From: Sorangium cellulosum
GTDB lineage: Bacteria; Myxococcota_A; Polyangia; Polyangiales; Polyangiaceae
Length of the DNA: 40,090 nt
Assembly: GCA_020720045.1 (NCBI GenBank)
Contig: DYPH01000046.1
Span: 1 to 40,090, forward strand
Reading direction: 5' to 3'
Positions 16,750 to 25,867 of this stretch are shown one piece after another. How positions within the stretch are numbered: position 1 is the stretch's first letter; each line of letters starts with the position of its first letter. The position numbers and the translations under genes are program-made. The notes beneath the pieces are model-generated. The model saw only the letters and a program-made list of their open reading frames with translations, was not told the origin of the DNA and searched no databases.

Positions 16750-17964
16750 CTAGTCAACGCTCCGTACCGAGCTCCTCGCCTCCTCGCGGACGATGGCGCA
16801 GAAGAGCGCGATGCCGGTGTCGAGGACGCCGTCATGGAAATCGTAGGCGGGCGAGTGGAGCTTCGCCGTGTGGGCGTCGTCGGCCTGGCCGAGCCAGAGG
16901 TAGGCGCCAGGGACCGCTTGCGCGAGAAAGGAGAAATCTTCCGCCCCCATGCTCGGCGGGAGATCGGTCCGGACCTGAACGTCGGGGAGCCTCCGCGCGG
17001 CGCGCTCGGCAATCCCGGCGGGGCGCGGTGCATTGATCGTAGGAGGGTACCCCTCGTCGATCGTTACATGCACCTTGCATCCAAATGTTGCGGCGACGCC
17101 GGCCGCTTGCTCGCGGAGGCGCCGATGGAGGAGGGCACGCGTCGCCAGCGACAACGAGCGAACAGTCCCGCGAAGCAGCACGCTCCCTGGAATCACATTT
17201 GAGGCGCGTGTGCCGCGTGTTTCAATTTGAGTGAGGCTCACCACCGCCGCCTCCGCGGGGGCAACTTCTCGCGAAACCAGGGTTTGAGCGGCCACGACAA
17301 AGTGCGCCATCGCAACAACGGGATCGCACGCTTCATCAGGCATCGCGGCGTGCCCCCCGCGGCCTTCAAAGAGGATTTCGATCTCATCGGTGGCAGCCAT
17401 CATTGCGCCAACACGAACGGCGACCGTCCCCACCGGGAGCGCCGGCCAGTTGTGGAGCGCGTAGGCGGCACGGACCGGAAACCGCTCAAAGAGGCCGTCG
17501 CGGACCATCGCTTCGCCGCCACACCGGGGCGCGTCGACGGCGTCCGGGTCGAGGTTCCCGCGGCCGATTCCCTCTTCGGCCGGCTGAAACACAAAGACGA
17601 TCGTCCCCTCCCACTCCGTGCATGCTACAAGTTGTTCGGCAGCGCCGAGGAGCATGGCCGTGTGCCCGTCGTGGCCACATGCATGCATCTTACCTGCATA
17701 TTCGGAACGATGGTCGCGTCCTTTGATCTCATCGATCGGGAGCGCATCCATGTCGGCGCGGAGGGCGATCGCGGCGTCGGAATTCCCGCGACGAAGGACG
17801 CCAACGACGCCTGTTTTCCCGATGCCGCGATGCACCTCGACGCCCATTTCTGTGAGCGCTTTCGAGACCTTATCGGCCGTTCGCTCGACGGCGAACCCCA
17901 GCTCGGGATGGCGGTGAAGGTCTTGGCGGAAGGAGACCCAGTCGCTCGCATTCGGCGCGTTCAT
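16750..17964 (-). CDS. M20D family amidohydrolase (aminoacylase / hippurate hydrolase-like)
   Basis: ORF 16750..18330. Start taken at MNAPNASDWVSFRQDLHRHPELGF. The MHACGHDGH metal-binding motif is present. Confidence 0.85.
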   Translation of the reverse strand: MNAPNASDWVSFRQDLHRHPELGFAVERTADKVSKALTEMGVEVHRGIGKTGVVGVLRRGNSDAAIALRADMDALPIDEIKGRDHRSEYAGKMHACGHDGHTAMLLGAAEQLVACTEWEGTIVFVFQPAEEGIGRGNLDPDAVDAPRCGGEAMVRDGLFERFPVRAAYALHNWPALPVGTVAVRVGAMMAATDEIEILFEGRGGHAAMPDEACDPVVAMAHFVVAAQTLVSREVAPAEAAVVSLTQIETRGTRASNVIPGSVLLRGTVRSLSLATRALLHRRLREQAAGVAATFGCKVHVTIDEGYPPTINAPRPAGIAERAARRLPDVQVRTDLPPSMGAEDFSFLAQAVPGAYLWLGQADDAHTAKLHSPAYDFHDGVLDTGIALFCAIVREEARSSVRSVD

Positions 17965-18007
17965 CTCGGTGAGGCTACCCCACTTCAACAGGGTCGGGGC
18001 CGACCGG

Positions 18008-19063
18008 CTACCGCTTGGTGAACGTTGCAAGGGCAGCGGCTGCTTCGCGGCGGAGGCCGGCATCGAGGGCACTTCGGGACAGGCGCGCGAGGAGCGGAAT
18101 CGCCTCGAAGGAACCGTCGTCGGGGGATACGCCGTCGGCCGGTGTAAGTGCGGCGATCGCGCGGCGCCAGAGGCTCCGTGGGGCCGTCCCTGCTTCGAGG
18201 GCGGCGACGAGGGTCCGTCGCTCATCACCGAGGGGCGCCCCCTTTCGATAAGCGGCACTGGCGCGTCGAACCGCTTCGAGGGGCGCCAACGTCGCTTCGG
18301 CAGCGACCCAGGCGGCGTCTCGCTCGGCAAGACGCTTGGCCAAAATACGTTTTATTTCAGGACGTTCCTCGATTCCGCGCAAGGTACTCACAAAGACGGG
18401 GATCGTCGTTTTGTTGCGGTCGGCAACAAGGCGGTCGCCGGATCGGCGTAGTTCCCCCCACTCGAAACGTCGCGTCCCCAAGACGGTTGGCGCCTCGATG
18501 CCATCAGGGGCGATCATCGCTCCGCGCGGTCGGAGGGCGATGCCGAGGAGCCCGCCGAGAACGAGCCAACCGACGGTGATCCACGGATAGGGGCCGATGA
18601 AACGGTGGGGCGCGAAGGCTGAGGTGAGGAGGGATGTCTTTGGTGCAACATGCATGCAATACGCGATTGCTGCAGCGGCAAACGCCCCTACGGCGAGCGG
18701 CCCAATTCCGCGGAGGAACGCCTCTCGCGGCCTTGGGAACAACTCGACGATCTGGCGGGCGCCTTCGCGACGGAGGTAGAGCCTCCCCCGCTGGGAGCGC
18801 AGCACGAATACTCCGAGCGAAATCGCGAGCATAACCATCGTAGCGAGGAGGGCTTGCCCCCCGAGATGGTCGTAGGCCGCCATCGATTCCGACGAGGTTG
18901 CGCGCGTGCCTGAAAGCGTGCCTCCGAGGAGGGCAAGCTGAACTTCGTAGGCGCGCGCTGCGACAGTGCCAAGAAGAAGGGCAAGCCCGAAGGTCCCACG
19001 AAGCACCCAGCGGTCAAAGCGCCCACGCTCTTCCGAGAGCCAGGTCGCGTGCGCGTCGTCCAT
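18008..19063 (-). CDS. Membrane protein with TM helices and a bacterial PH-like (DUF304-type) domain
   Basis: Hydrophobic helices MVMLAISLGVFVL, IGPYPWITVGWLVLGGLLGIAL are present. RFEWGELRRSGDRLVADRNKTTIPVFVSTLRGIEE resembles bPH domains. The C-terminal part is Ala/Arg-rich and less certain. Confidence 0.45.
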   Translation of the reverse strand: MDDAHATWLSEERGRFDRWVLRGTFGLALLLGTVAARAYEVQLALLGGTLSGTRATSSESMAAYDHLGGQALLATMVMLAISLGVFVLRSQRGRLYLRREGARQIVELFPRPREAFLRGIGPLAVGAFAAAAIAYCMHVAPKTSLLTSAFAPHRFIGPYPWITVGWLVLGGLLGIALRPRGAMIAPDGIEAPTVLGTRRFEWGELRRSGDRLVADRNKTTIPVFVSTLRGIEERPEIKRILAKRLAERDAAWVAAEATLAPLEAVRRASAAYRKGAPLGDERRTLVAALEAGTAPRSLWRRAIAALTPADGVSPDDGSFEAIPLLARLSRSALDAGLRREAAAALATFTKR

Positions 19064-19094
19064 CGGCGGAGGGTTTCGGCGCGGCGGCCCCCTG

Positions 19095-20234
19095 TCAAGC
19101 GCGACCGCGGGTGTTTTCCGGCGTTTGGCGAAGCGCGGCGTTCAAGGTTTCGTCGCTCACCGTGCCATCGGCAATCTCCCTCAGCACCGTGGCGAGGCGG
19201 CGATCGAGGACAGCAGTGGCAGCTACGCGAACAGGGGCTTCGCCACCCTGCGCGCGAATGCGGAGCGCAGCACCGATCCGAAGGTCGTTAGGAACTCCAA
19301 GTCCGTGGAGCAGTTGCTCGTCTTCATTGGGACCGGCCGCGATGCGATAGTTCGTCGATGATTCGGCAACGCGAACGCGGAAAGCAGCGATAGATTCCGC
19401 GGCCTGAAGGCGAAGTCCGTGCAGCGCGAATCGCTCGCCATCAACCACCGCTTCTTCAATCTTTGCAAGAGCCGCGTCGACTTCGGCGAGGTCGTACTGG
19501 AAGCTCACAAACGAAACAGATCGTCCATTAAGAGTGAGCTTTCTACGTACACGATCGACGGAAACATTGCCCCATGCCGAGAATTCGCGGGAGAACGTTC
19601 CGCGTAGACGCACCCCATCCCTGCCAATTTCGAGGGTCGTCCGGCGCGTGACTCCCAGAAAGAAGAGGCAGGAGAAGGTCGTGAGGAAGGCGACCATCCA
19701 CGTATCCGACGCATGTGTAACGAGGCTCGCGAAGACGGTTGCGACAAACGCACCAACGAGCGTGAGTACGTAGCGGGCAAGCACCCAAACAACGCTTACG
19801 CTCCCAAGCGGGCGAGGCACGCCTCCGTCGGAAAGCCCGAAGGTCGGAAACATTCCGCGGGCGCCGGTCGCAACAATGCGCTCGCCGCCGGGAAGGAGAT
19901 AGACGTGCCCATCGGGGCGCGAATATTCACCGACCACCAACTTGGGGTGCCCGACGCGTTGGGCAGAGCCGATGAGCAGCGTCGGCGCGTAGTCGTTGGC
20001 GCCGCGCAGCACGGCGGAGGTGGCGAACCCTCGTTTCAAGAGGGAGGTGGCGATTGCCGCCGCCGGAAGAAAGAGCAAGGCAAAGCCATCCCAAGGAGTG
20101 TCACCGTGGCGTCGCCCGAAGAGGGAGAGGGCGATTAGAGGGAGCGTCGCAAAGACCGCGAGCCACCGGAGGGGCCTTGCCCAATGCCGTCGCTCGGTGC
20201 GCCATTGCACAGCGACCGGCGAGGAGGGGTTCAT
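19095..20234 (-). CDS. Membrane protein with a bacterial PH-like domain (paralogous architecture to the neighbouring gene)
   Basis: ORF 19095..20282. The first Met overlaps the cox terminator, so the start was taken at MNPSSPVAVQW (20234). TM helices are present. LEIGRDGVRLRGTFSREFSAWGNVSVDRVRRKLTLNGRSVSF is PH-like. Confidence 0.5.
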   Translation of the reverse strand: MNPSSPVAVQWRTERRHWARPLRWLAVFATLPLIALSLFGRRHGDTPWDGFALLFLPAAAIATSLLKRGFATSAVLRGANDYAPTLLIGSAQRVGHPKLVVGEYSRPDGHVYLLPGGERIVATGARGMFPTFGLSDGGVPRPLGSVSVVWVLARYVLTLVGAFVATVFASLVTHASDTWMVAFLTTFSCLFFLGVTRRTTLEIGRDGVRLRGTFSREFSAWGNVSVDRVRRKLTLNGRSVSFVSFQYDLAEVDAALAKIEEAVVDGERFALHGLRLQAAESIAAFRVRVAESSTNYRIAAGPNEDEQLLHGLGVPNDLRIGAALRIRAQGGEAPVRVAATAVLDRRLATVLREIADGTVSDETLNAALRQTPENTRGRA

Positions 20235-20277
20235 TGGAGGAAAGTATCGGGGATCGGGGTAATCCCCAAGGGCCGTC

Positions 20278-20316
20278 GACAAAAAAGAAGAGGCGAACCG
20301 TAGTGGTCCGCCTCTG
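20278..20316 (-). terminator. Intrinsic terminator closing the act-sco-cox operon
   Basis: The minus-strand transcript has hairpin gaggcggaccactacggttcgcctc followed by ttcttttttgt. It lies 25-60 nt downstream of the coxD stop. Confidence 0.6.
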
Positions 20317-20339
20317 CTCTCGAACGTTACTGAGTCTGC

Positions 20340-20798
20340 TCAGTGATGCTCGCTCTTCGTCGTTCCTTCGGGCTTTTCTTTCGCGCCTTCCACAATGCGC
20401 TTCGGAGGCTCAAACCCGCCCGGTGCATGCTTCTCGGACTCGCCAAGGTAGACATGATTGCCGGAAACATCATTGATCTCGTTCTCGCGGCGGGCAGTAT
20501 CGTTCGTCGTGTAGGCGAAAAACACGCCGATGAACATCAGTCCACAGATAAAGATGGTCGCGTTGAACTTGTTGTCATGCCGAAGATGCATGAAGAAGAC
20601 AACTACGAGTGTTGCCTTGACGCTCGCGATCAAAATCGCGATCGCGAGGTTCATCGCGCCGAGGTGGACGTAGCTGAGACCCACAGTGACGAGCGTGAAG
20701 AAAATCAGCCCGCTGAAGATCTTGAGGTAGTGGCTAACCGGCTCGACGTGGGAATGGATCATTCCGTCATCGGCAGCGGCGTGGTGCGAATCACTCAT
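20340..20798 (-). CDS. ctaF: Cytochrome c oxidase subunit IV (prokaryotic COX4_pro / CtaF-like)
   Basis: Three TM helices with YLKIFSGLIFFTLVTVGLSY and NLAIAILIASVKATLVVVFFMHL, typical of bacterial aa3/caa3 subunit IV. Its position follows subunit III. Confidence 0.8.
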   Translation of the reverse strand: MSDSHHAAADDGMIHSHVEPVSHYLKIFSGLIFFTLVTVGLSYVHLGAMNLAIAILIASVKATLVVVFFMHLRHDNKFNATIFICGLMFIGVFFAYTTNDTARRENEINDVSGNHVYLGESEKHAPGGFEPPKRIVEGAKEKPEGTTKSEHH

Positions 20799-20812
20799 GG
20801 TCGGCCTTCAGC

Positions 20813-21562
20813 TCAGTCGATCAGGTAGAGGAGCGGGAAAAGATAGATCCAGACGAGGTCGACGAGGTGCCAATAGAGGGCCGCGATGTCGACGCCTGCG
20901 TAGTATTCCTTGGAGAAGTCGCCGCGCTCATTGCGGCGCCAAATCCAGGTAAGGACACCGATCCCGACGAGGATATGGATCGCATGGATCCCCGTCGCCA
21001 TGAAGTAGATCGAGTAGAAGATATGTGCATTCTCCGGGAGCGCCGGAGATCCTTCAACGAGGTGATGAAGGTGCGGGTGGTAGAAGTGCCCGGGGAGCAG
21101 ACCCGCCTGGAACTTGTGGTTGTACTCGTAGCTCTTGACGCCCAAGAAGATGAGCGCGCACAAGATCGTCAAGAGCAGGTACCGGCTCGTTCCCGCCTTG
21201 CGACCGAGCTGCGCTTCGCGAACAGCAAGTGCCGCGGTGAGGCTTGAGACGAGAAGGACGATCGTATTTCCGGCACCAATGGGGCGGTCGAGTTGGTGCG
21301 CGGCCGCGGAGAACATCTCCGGATACCAGCTGCGGAAGATCCCGTACGCGACGAAGATGCCGCTAAAGAACAGGAGCTCCTGCACGAGGAACGCCCACAT
21401 GCCCACCTTAGCCGCATCAAACTGCTGCTGGGGCGTATCGAAATGGTGCGCCAGGTAGGAGGGATGGGCGTGGTCGTTGTGACCGTGCTCGTCGTGGCCG
21501 TGGTCGTCGTGACCTTCGGGCACTTCCGTGGTGGCGTCGGCGGTTGCCGCTTCGCTGCTCAT
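20813..21562 (-). CDS. ctaE: Cytochrome c oxidase subunit III
   Basis: AHHFDTPQQQFDAAKVGMWAFLVQELLFFSGIFVAY and the following TM pattern are typical of CoxC. The ORF-track start at 21637 is a TTG. The first ATG is 21562 with GGAG upstream. Confidence 0.9.
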   Translation of the reverse strand: MSSEAATADATTEVPEGHDDHGHDEHGHNDHAHPSYLAHHFDTPQQQFDAAKVGMWAFLVQELLFFSGIFVAYGIFRSWYPEMFSAAAHQLDRPIGAGNTIVLLVSSLTAALAVREAQLGRKAGTSRYLLLTILCALIFLGVKSYEYNHKFQAGLLPGHFYHPHLHHLVEGSPALPENAHIFYSIYFMATGIHAIHILVGIGVLTWIWRRNERGDFSKEYYAGVDIAALYWHLVDLVWIYLFPLLYLID

Positions 21563-21728
21563 CGTAGAGACTCCAGGGATTTCTCGGTTCAGAGCCGACT
21601 CCCGGTACTTTGACGCCCGCCGAGTAGACTCGGTCAAGGGCGGCGGGGCGTCTTGTCACGCCATACCTGGGTTCGGAAAAAGAAGGAAGGGGCTGTGGTC
21701 AGCGATGCCGGCCACAGCCTCGGGCCAT

Positions 21729-23417
21729 TCAGTCGTCGGCATCGGCGGGGCGTTCGCCCGGCGCGTACCCTTCGTCGAGTTCCGCCTCAGTCGCGAGGTG
21801 GTAGTCGTAGGGGCCACGGGTGATGACCGGCTGGTCGACGAAGTTGTGGAAGGGAATCGGCGTCGGCGTCTGCCACTCGAGAGCGGCGGAACCCCAAGGA
21901 TTGCGCGGCGCATCCTTCCCCTGCTGGAGGGACTGAACGAACATCACGAGCATCACGAGAAAGCCGAGACCGAGAATCCAGGAGCCAATCGTGGAGACTT
22001 GGTGGAGCGACTGGAACTCGGGAAGGTAGTCGTAATAGCGGCGCGGCATGCCACGCGAGCCGAGAACGAACTGGGAGAGGAAGGTGACGTTGAAGCCGAT
22101 GAAGACGAGCGCAAAAGCGACGCGCGCCATGCCTTCGTTGTACATCTTGCCGGTGAACTTCGGCCACCAGTAGTGGAGCCCGCCGACGAACGCGATGACG
22201 GTACCGCCGACCATGACGTAGTGGAAGTGCGCGACGACGAAGTAGGTGTCGTGGAGGTGCACGTCGACGGCGAGCATCGCGAGGAAGAGCCCCGTGAGAC
22301 CGCCAATCGTGAACAAGAAGATGAAGCCGAGCGCGTAGAGCATCGGAGACTTCAACGAGATCGAGCCCTTGTAGAGCGTCGTGACCCAGTTGAAGACCTT
22401 CACGCCCGACGGGATACCGACGAGGAAGGTGAGGGCCGAGAAGACCATCGTCGAGTACTCGCTCATGCCAGCGACGAACATGTGGTGACCCCACACGAGG
22501 AAGCCGAGGAGCGCGAGACCGAGGGACGACATCGCGATGAAGAAGTATCCGAACGGAGCGCGACGGCTAAACGTGCAGATAATCTCGGAGATGACGCCCA
22601 TGCCCGGGACAATCATGATGTAAACGGCCGGGTGGCTGTAAAACCAGAAGAAGTGCTGGAACAGGACCGGGTCGCCGCCCATCGAAGGGTCGAAGATCCC
22701 GAGGCCGAAGGCGCGCTCAAAGATGAGCAGGAAGAGCGTGATCGCGAGGACCGGGGTCGCGAGGACCTGAATGATCGACGTCGCGTAGAGCGCCCAGATG
22801 AAGAGCGGTAGGCGCTTCCAGCTCATGCCCGGCGCACGCATGGTGTGCACGGTGGCGATGAAGTTGACGCCGGTGAGGATCGAGCTGAACCCGAGGATGA
22901 AGGCCGCCGTGAGCATCGGGATGACGCTCGTGTTGGTGAACTTCGAGGAATACGGAGTGTAGAACGTCCACCCGGTGTCCACGCCGCCGTGGATCATCGT
23001 GTAGAGGCCGAAGACGGCACCGAGCAACCAAACGTAGAAGCTCGTGAGGTTCAGTCGCGGGAACGCGACATCTTTCGTACCGAGCTGAATCGGCAAAAAG
23101 ATATTCCCAAGCGCGCCGGGCACGGCCGGAATGATGAACAAGAAGACCATCACGATGCCGTGCATCGAGAAGACCTTGTTGTACTGCTCCGCCGTCATGA
23201 TGGTACGGCCGGCAGTGAAGAGTTCGAGGCGAACCAACAGCGCGAGGATGCCGCCAAGAAGGAACGCAGCGAGTACCCCGATGAGGTACATGATGCCGAT
23301 CCGCTTGTGATCAAGCGTGAAGAGCCAGGACTTCAGGCCCTTCTCCGCGAGATAACTCTCGTGCGGGTCGTGCGCCTCGGTTTTTCCGCCGAGGCCTGGC
23401 GTTGCTACCGTTGCCAT
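21729..23417 (-). CDS. ctaD: Cytochrome c oxidase subunit I (haem-copper oxidase catalytic subunit)
   Basis: Motifs [18 protein letters not shown]-like [27 protein letters not shown] are present. 562 aa with 12 or more TM helices. Confidence 0.95.
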   Translation of the reverse strand: MATVATPGLGGKTEAHDPHESYLAEKGLKSWLFTLDHKRIGIMYLIGVLAAFLLGGILALLVRLELFTAGRTIMTAEQYNKVFSMHGIVMVFLFIIPAVPGALGNIFLPIQLGTKDVAFPRLNLTSFYVWLLGAVFGLYTMIHGGVDTGWTFYTPYSSKFTNTSVIPMLTAAFILGFSSILTGVNFIATVHTMRAPGMSWKRLPLFIWALYATSIIQVLATPVLAITLFLLIFERAFGLGIFDPSMGGDPVLFQHFFWFYSHPAVYIMIVPGMGVISEIICTFSRRAPFGYFFIAMSSLGLALLGFLVWGHHMFVAGMSEYSTMVFSALTFLVGIPSGVKVFNWVTTLYKGSISLKSPMLYALGFIFLFTIGGLTGLFLAMLAVDVHLHDTYFVVAHFHYVMVGGTVIAFVGGLHYWWPKFTGKMYNEGMARVAFALVFIGFNVTFLSQFVLGSRGMPRRYYDYLPEFQSLHQVSTIGSWILGLGFLVMLVMFVQSLQQGKDAPRNPWGSAALEWQTPTPIPFHNFVDQPVITRGPYDYHLATEAELDEGYAPGERPADADD

Positions 23418-23442
23418 GAGGTGGTTTCCCTGTCTCTTTCCG

Positions 23443-24447
23443 TCACTTCGTCGTCTTTAGGTAAGCAATGATCGCGTCGACCTGCTTTTCCGTAAAGACG
23501 AACGGGGGCATGTTGCCGTTTTCAAAGGTTTTTACGATCTTCGCTTGCGGGCGAAGGATCGATTCGCGCACGTAGTTCTCGTCCACTTTGACCTGCTCGC
23601 CAGTGGTGAGCGTTTCAGTCCGTCCCCAAACCCCTTTAAAGGTCGGTCCGGTTGCCGCGCTTCCATCAACGCTGTGGCACGTGGTGCACCCCTTGCCCTT
23701 GTAGAGCTGCTCGCCCCAAAGCGCCGTGCCGTTCTCTTTGTCTTTGAGTTCGGCGGGGATGTCCTTGATTTTCTTGAGGTGCGCCTCGTATTCGGCCTCA
23801 GTCACGATCTTGATCTTCGAAAGCATCGAGAAGTGACCACCGGCCGTCGGGCCAGCGCCCGCGCCGCAGTACTCGGCGCAGAACACCTGGGCCTCACCAA
23901 GCCGGTTCGGCGTAAAGGCGAGTTGCGAGTACATACCGGGAACGACGTCCTTCTTCAGGCGGAAGGCCGGAACGAAATAGTCGTGAAGAACGTCGCTCGA
24001 CGACATGACCATCTTCACCGGCTTGTTGACCGGCAGATAGAGAGCGTCGCCGGACTCCGGCGTCCCATCTGGGTACTGGTAGCTCCAGTTCCAGCGGGCA
24101 CCACGCACGCGGATTTCGAGGGCATTATCGGCGGCCACCGCATTGCGGATGTACGCCGAATAGCTCACGTGGAACATCCAGACGATGAGGAGCACCGGCG
24201 GGACCGTCCAAGAGAGCTCGAGGGCCGTATTCTCCTGGGTGGGTGCCGCGGATACGCCCTTACGACGCCGGTATTTCCAGACAAAGTAGAGCGTCGCCGC
24301 GGTGATACCGACGGTGAATACGACGCTAAACCAGTAGATAAAATAATAGAGCCAGTCGATGGCGTCCGCCCCGGTGGACATGGCCACCGGGAGCTGGAGC
24401 GTCGAAGAGGCGGGCTCGTTTGCGTCGAGAAGCGGCTGCTGGAACAT
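23443..24447 (-). CDS. ctaC: Cytochrome c oxidase subunit II with fused C-terminal cytochrome c domain (caa3-type)
   Basis: Two N-terminal TM helices. The CuA site is FCAEYCG...GHFSM. The C-terminal CTTCHS haem c site has distal Met (NGNMPPF). M23 (ATG 24381) is an alternative start. Confidence 0.9.
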   Translation of the reverse strand: MFQQPLLDANEPASSTLQLPVAMSTGADAIDWLYYFIYWFSVVFTVGITAATLYFVWKYRRRKGVSAAPTQENTALELSWTVPPVLLIVWMFHVSYSAYIRNAVAADNALEIRVRGARWNWSYQYPDGTPESGDALYLPVNKPVKMVMSSSDVLHDYFVPAFRLKKDVVPGMYSQLAFTPNRLGEAQVFCAEYCGAGAGPTAGGHFSMLSKIKIVTEAEYEAHLKKIKDIPAELKDKENGTALWGEQLYKGKGCTTCHSVDGSAATGPTFKGVWGRTETLTTGEQVKVDENYVRESILRPQAKIVKTFENGNMPPFVFTEKQVDAIIAYLKTTK

Positions 24448-24468
24448 GGGACCTACGTGGGGTACCGG

Positions 24469-25368
24469 TCAGGCGGAGGGGCCGGAGTCTTCGGCCGGCG
24501 AGAGGGGGGTCGGGCTGAGAAGGCCGCCGGTTTTCCGACGCCGCTCCCGTAGCCAGAACAGGGCAAGAGTGCCACCAAGAAGTAACGCGGTGATGACACC
24601 GCCCAGCTTCATGACGTTTTTTGCGACGAGGACGTACTTGGATTGCTTCCCGTCGTACATGAAGCAGTAGAGAATGACCTGATCGATCGTGGAGATGTGG
24701 TTCCCCTTGGAGGCCTCGATAAGGCCGATCTTCAGGTCGTTCGGTGAGTATTCGAGCCCATAAAGGTAGCGGGCGAACTCACCGTTGGGGGCCACCAGCA
24801 TGATGGTGGCCGGGTGACCATACTGGGACGACGCTGCGTCGTACTGGTATTCGAGGCCGGCAGCATCGGCGGCGCGGTCGATGGAGACCTTGTCGCCGAT
24901 GAGAAAGTGCATTCCGGACGCAGGGCCGTCCCCACGACCGTATTTACTGAGAATTTCGTTCCGCTTTCGATTGGTGCGGCCGAGCTCTTCCTTCGGATCG
25001 ATCGAGAGCACGATGACGTCGTACTCTTTGCCGACCGTCCAATCGATCCCCTTGAGCCCCTTCACCGTCGCGTCGAGCACCATGCTGCATAGCATCGGGC
25101 AGGAGTGGTAGGCGAAAACGAGGACCGCCGGTTTCTTGCCGGAAAAGTAAGTGCCTAGCGTGACCGAAGCGCCCGTCTCATCGCGAAAGTTCGCGTCTTT
25201 CGGGAGGATTCCACCGAGGTGTTCTTTGACCCCGACATGCTCCAGCTTCGGACCCTCGGCCACCGGAGTTCCCGGATCCCGCGTGCGGTCGGTGTACTGG
25301 GCGCGCGCAAGAGCGGGCACGAGCAGTAGTGCGAGTGCAGCGAGGAGGGGGAAAATCCGGCGTAGCAT
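24469..25368 (-). CDS. SCO1/SenC family copper chaperone (thioredoxin fold, CxxxC)
   Basis: ORF 24469..25509. Start taken at MLRRIFPLLAALALLLVPALARA (signal/TM). FAYHSCPMLCS copper-binding CxxxC is present. The conserved H is downstream. Its position lies between ACIII and cox genes. Confidence 0.85.
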   Translation of the reverse strand: MLRRIFPLLAALALLLVPALARAQYTDRTRDPGTPVAEGPKLEHVGVKEHLGGILPKDANFRDETGASVTLGTYFSGKKPAVLVFAYHSCPMLCSMVLDATVKGLKGIDWTVGKEYDVIVLSIDPKEELGRTNRKRNEILSKYGRGDGPASGMHFLIGDKVSIDRAADAAGLEYQYDAASSQYGHPATIMLVAPNGEFARYLYGLEYSPNDLKIGLIEASKGNHISTIDQVILYCFMYDGKQSKYVLVAKNVMKLGGVITALLLGGTLALFWLRERRRKTGGLLSPTPLSPAEDSGPSA

Positions 25369-25375
25369 AGGGCGT

Positions 25376-25858
25376 TCAGTGACCGGGGGCGCCGGCGTCT
25401 GCGGTCGGGGGCTTAGAGCCGCCGTCTGCAGTCGGCGAGAGGGTGGTCGATCCATCGACGCCCGCGTCGCTCGTGGTCGGTACAACCGGGGCAGCGGGCG
25501 GCGCGGCAACGACCGGGGTGGCCGTGTCGAAAGTCTTCGGGAGCTGCGCCCAACCCTTCATCGCCCCGAGGTCGTCGGACGGTTGCGGAGCGATCACAAC
25601 GCCCGCTCCTTCGCGGCCGGCAGCGACGCGAGACATCGCCTGGTCGATGGGGATAGGTGCGTTATCAAGCGCCTTCTTCTCTTCTTCACGGAGCCGGATA
25701 AGCGCCTCGGGAGAAGCGAGCTTCTCCTGGGCAGACGCCTCCGCCATTGAGATGAAGTAGGAGTCGAAGACGAACTTGAGTGCGCCCAGGCTGATGACCG
25801 TGCCGAAAGCGACGATCAAGATGACGCGATTGCGGGTTCCGGATTTGTCGAAAGCCAT
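25376..25858 (-). CDS. Hypothetical single-pass membrane protein with Pro/Ala/Thr-rich C-terminal tail (160 aa)
   Basis: N-terminal TM VILIVAFGTVISLGALKFVF is present. It sits in the same orientation tightly between actF and sco. No recognisable motif. Confidence 0.55.
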   Translation of the reverse strand: MAFDKSGTRNRVILIVAFGTVISLGALKFVFDSYFISMAEASAQEKLASPEALIRLREEEKKALDNAPIPIDQAMSRVAAGREGAGVVIAPQPSDDLGAMKGWAQLPKTFDTATPVVAAPPAAPVVPTTSDAGVDGSTTLSPTADGGSKPPTADAGAPGH

Positions 25859-25867
25859 GATCGTGCC

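Noticed and set aside
14085-17036. 983-aa ORF on the plus strand
   Set aside because: It lies on the opposite strand of lon and the M20 amidohydrolase. It is Arg/Gly/Glu-rich low-complexity with no motifs.
21528-22811. 427-aa highly acidic/basic ORF on the plus strand
   Set aside because: It lies opposite the cytochrome oxidase subunit I gene. The Glu/Arg/Asp repeats are a mirror of the hydrophobic codons on the real strand.
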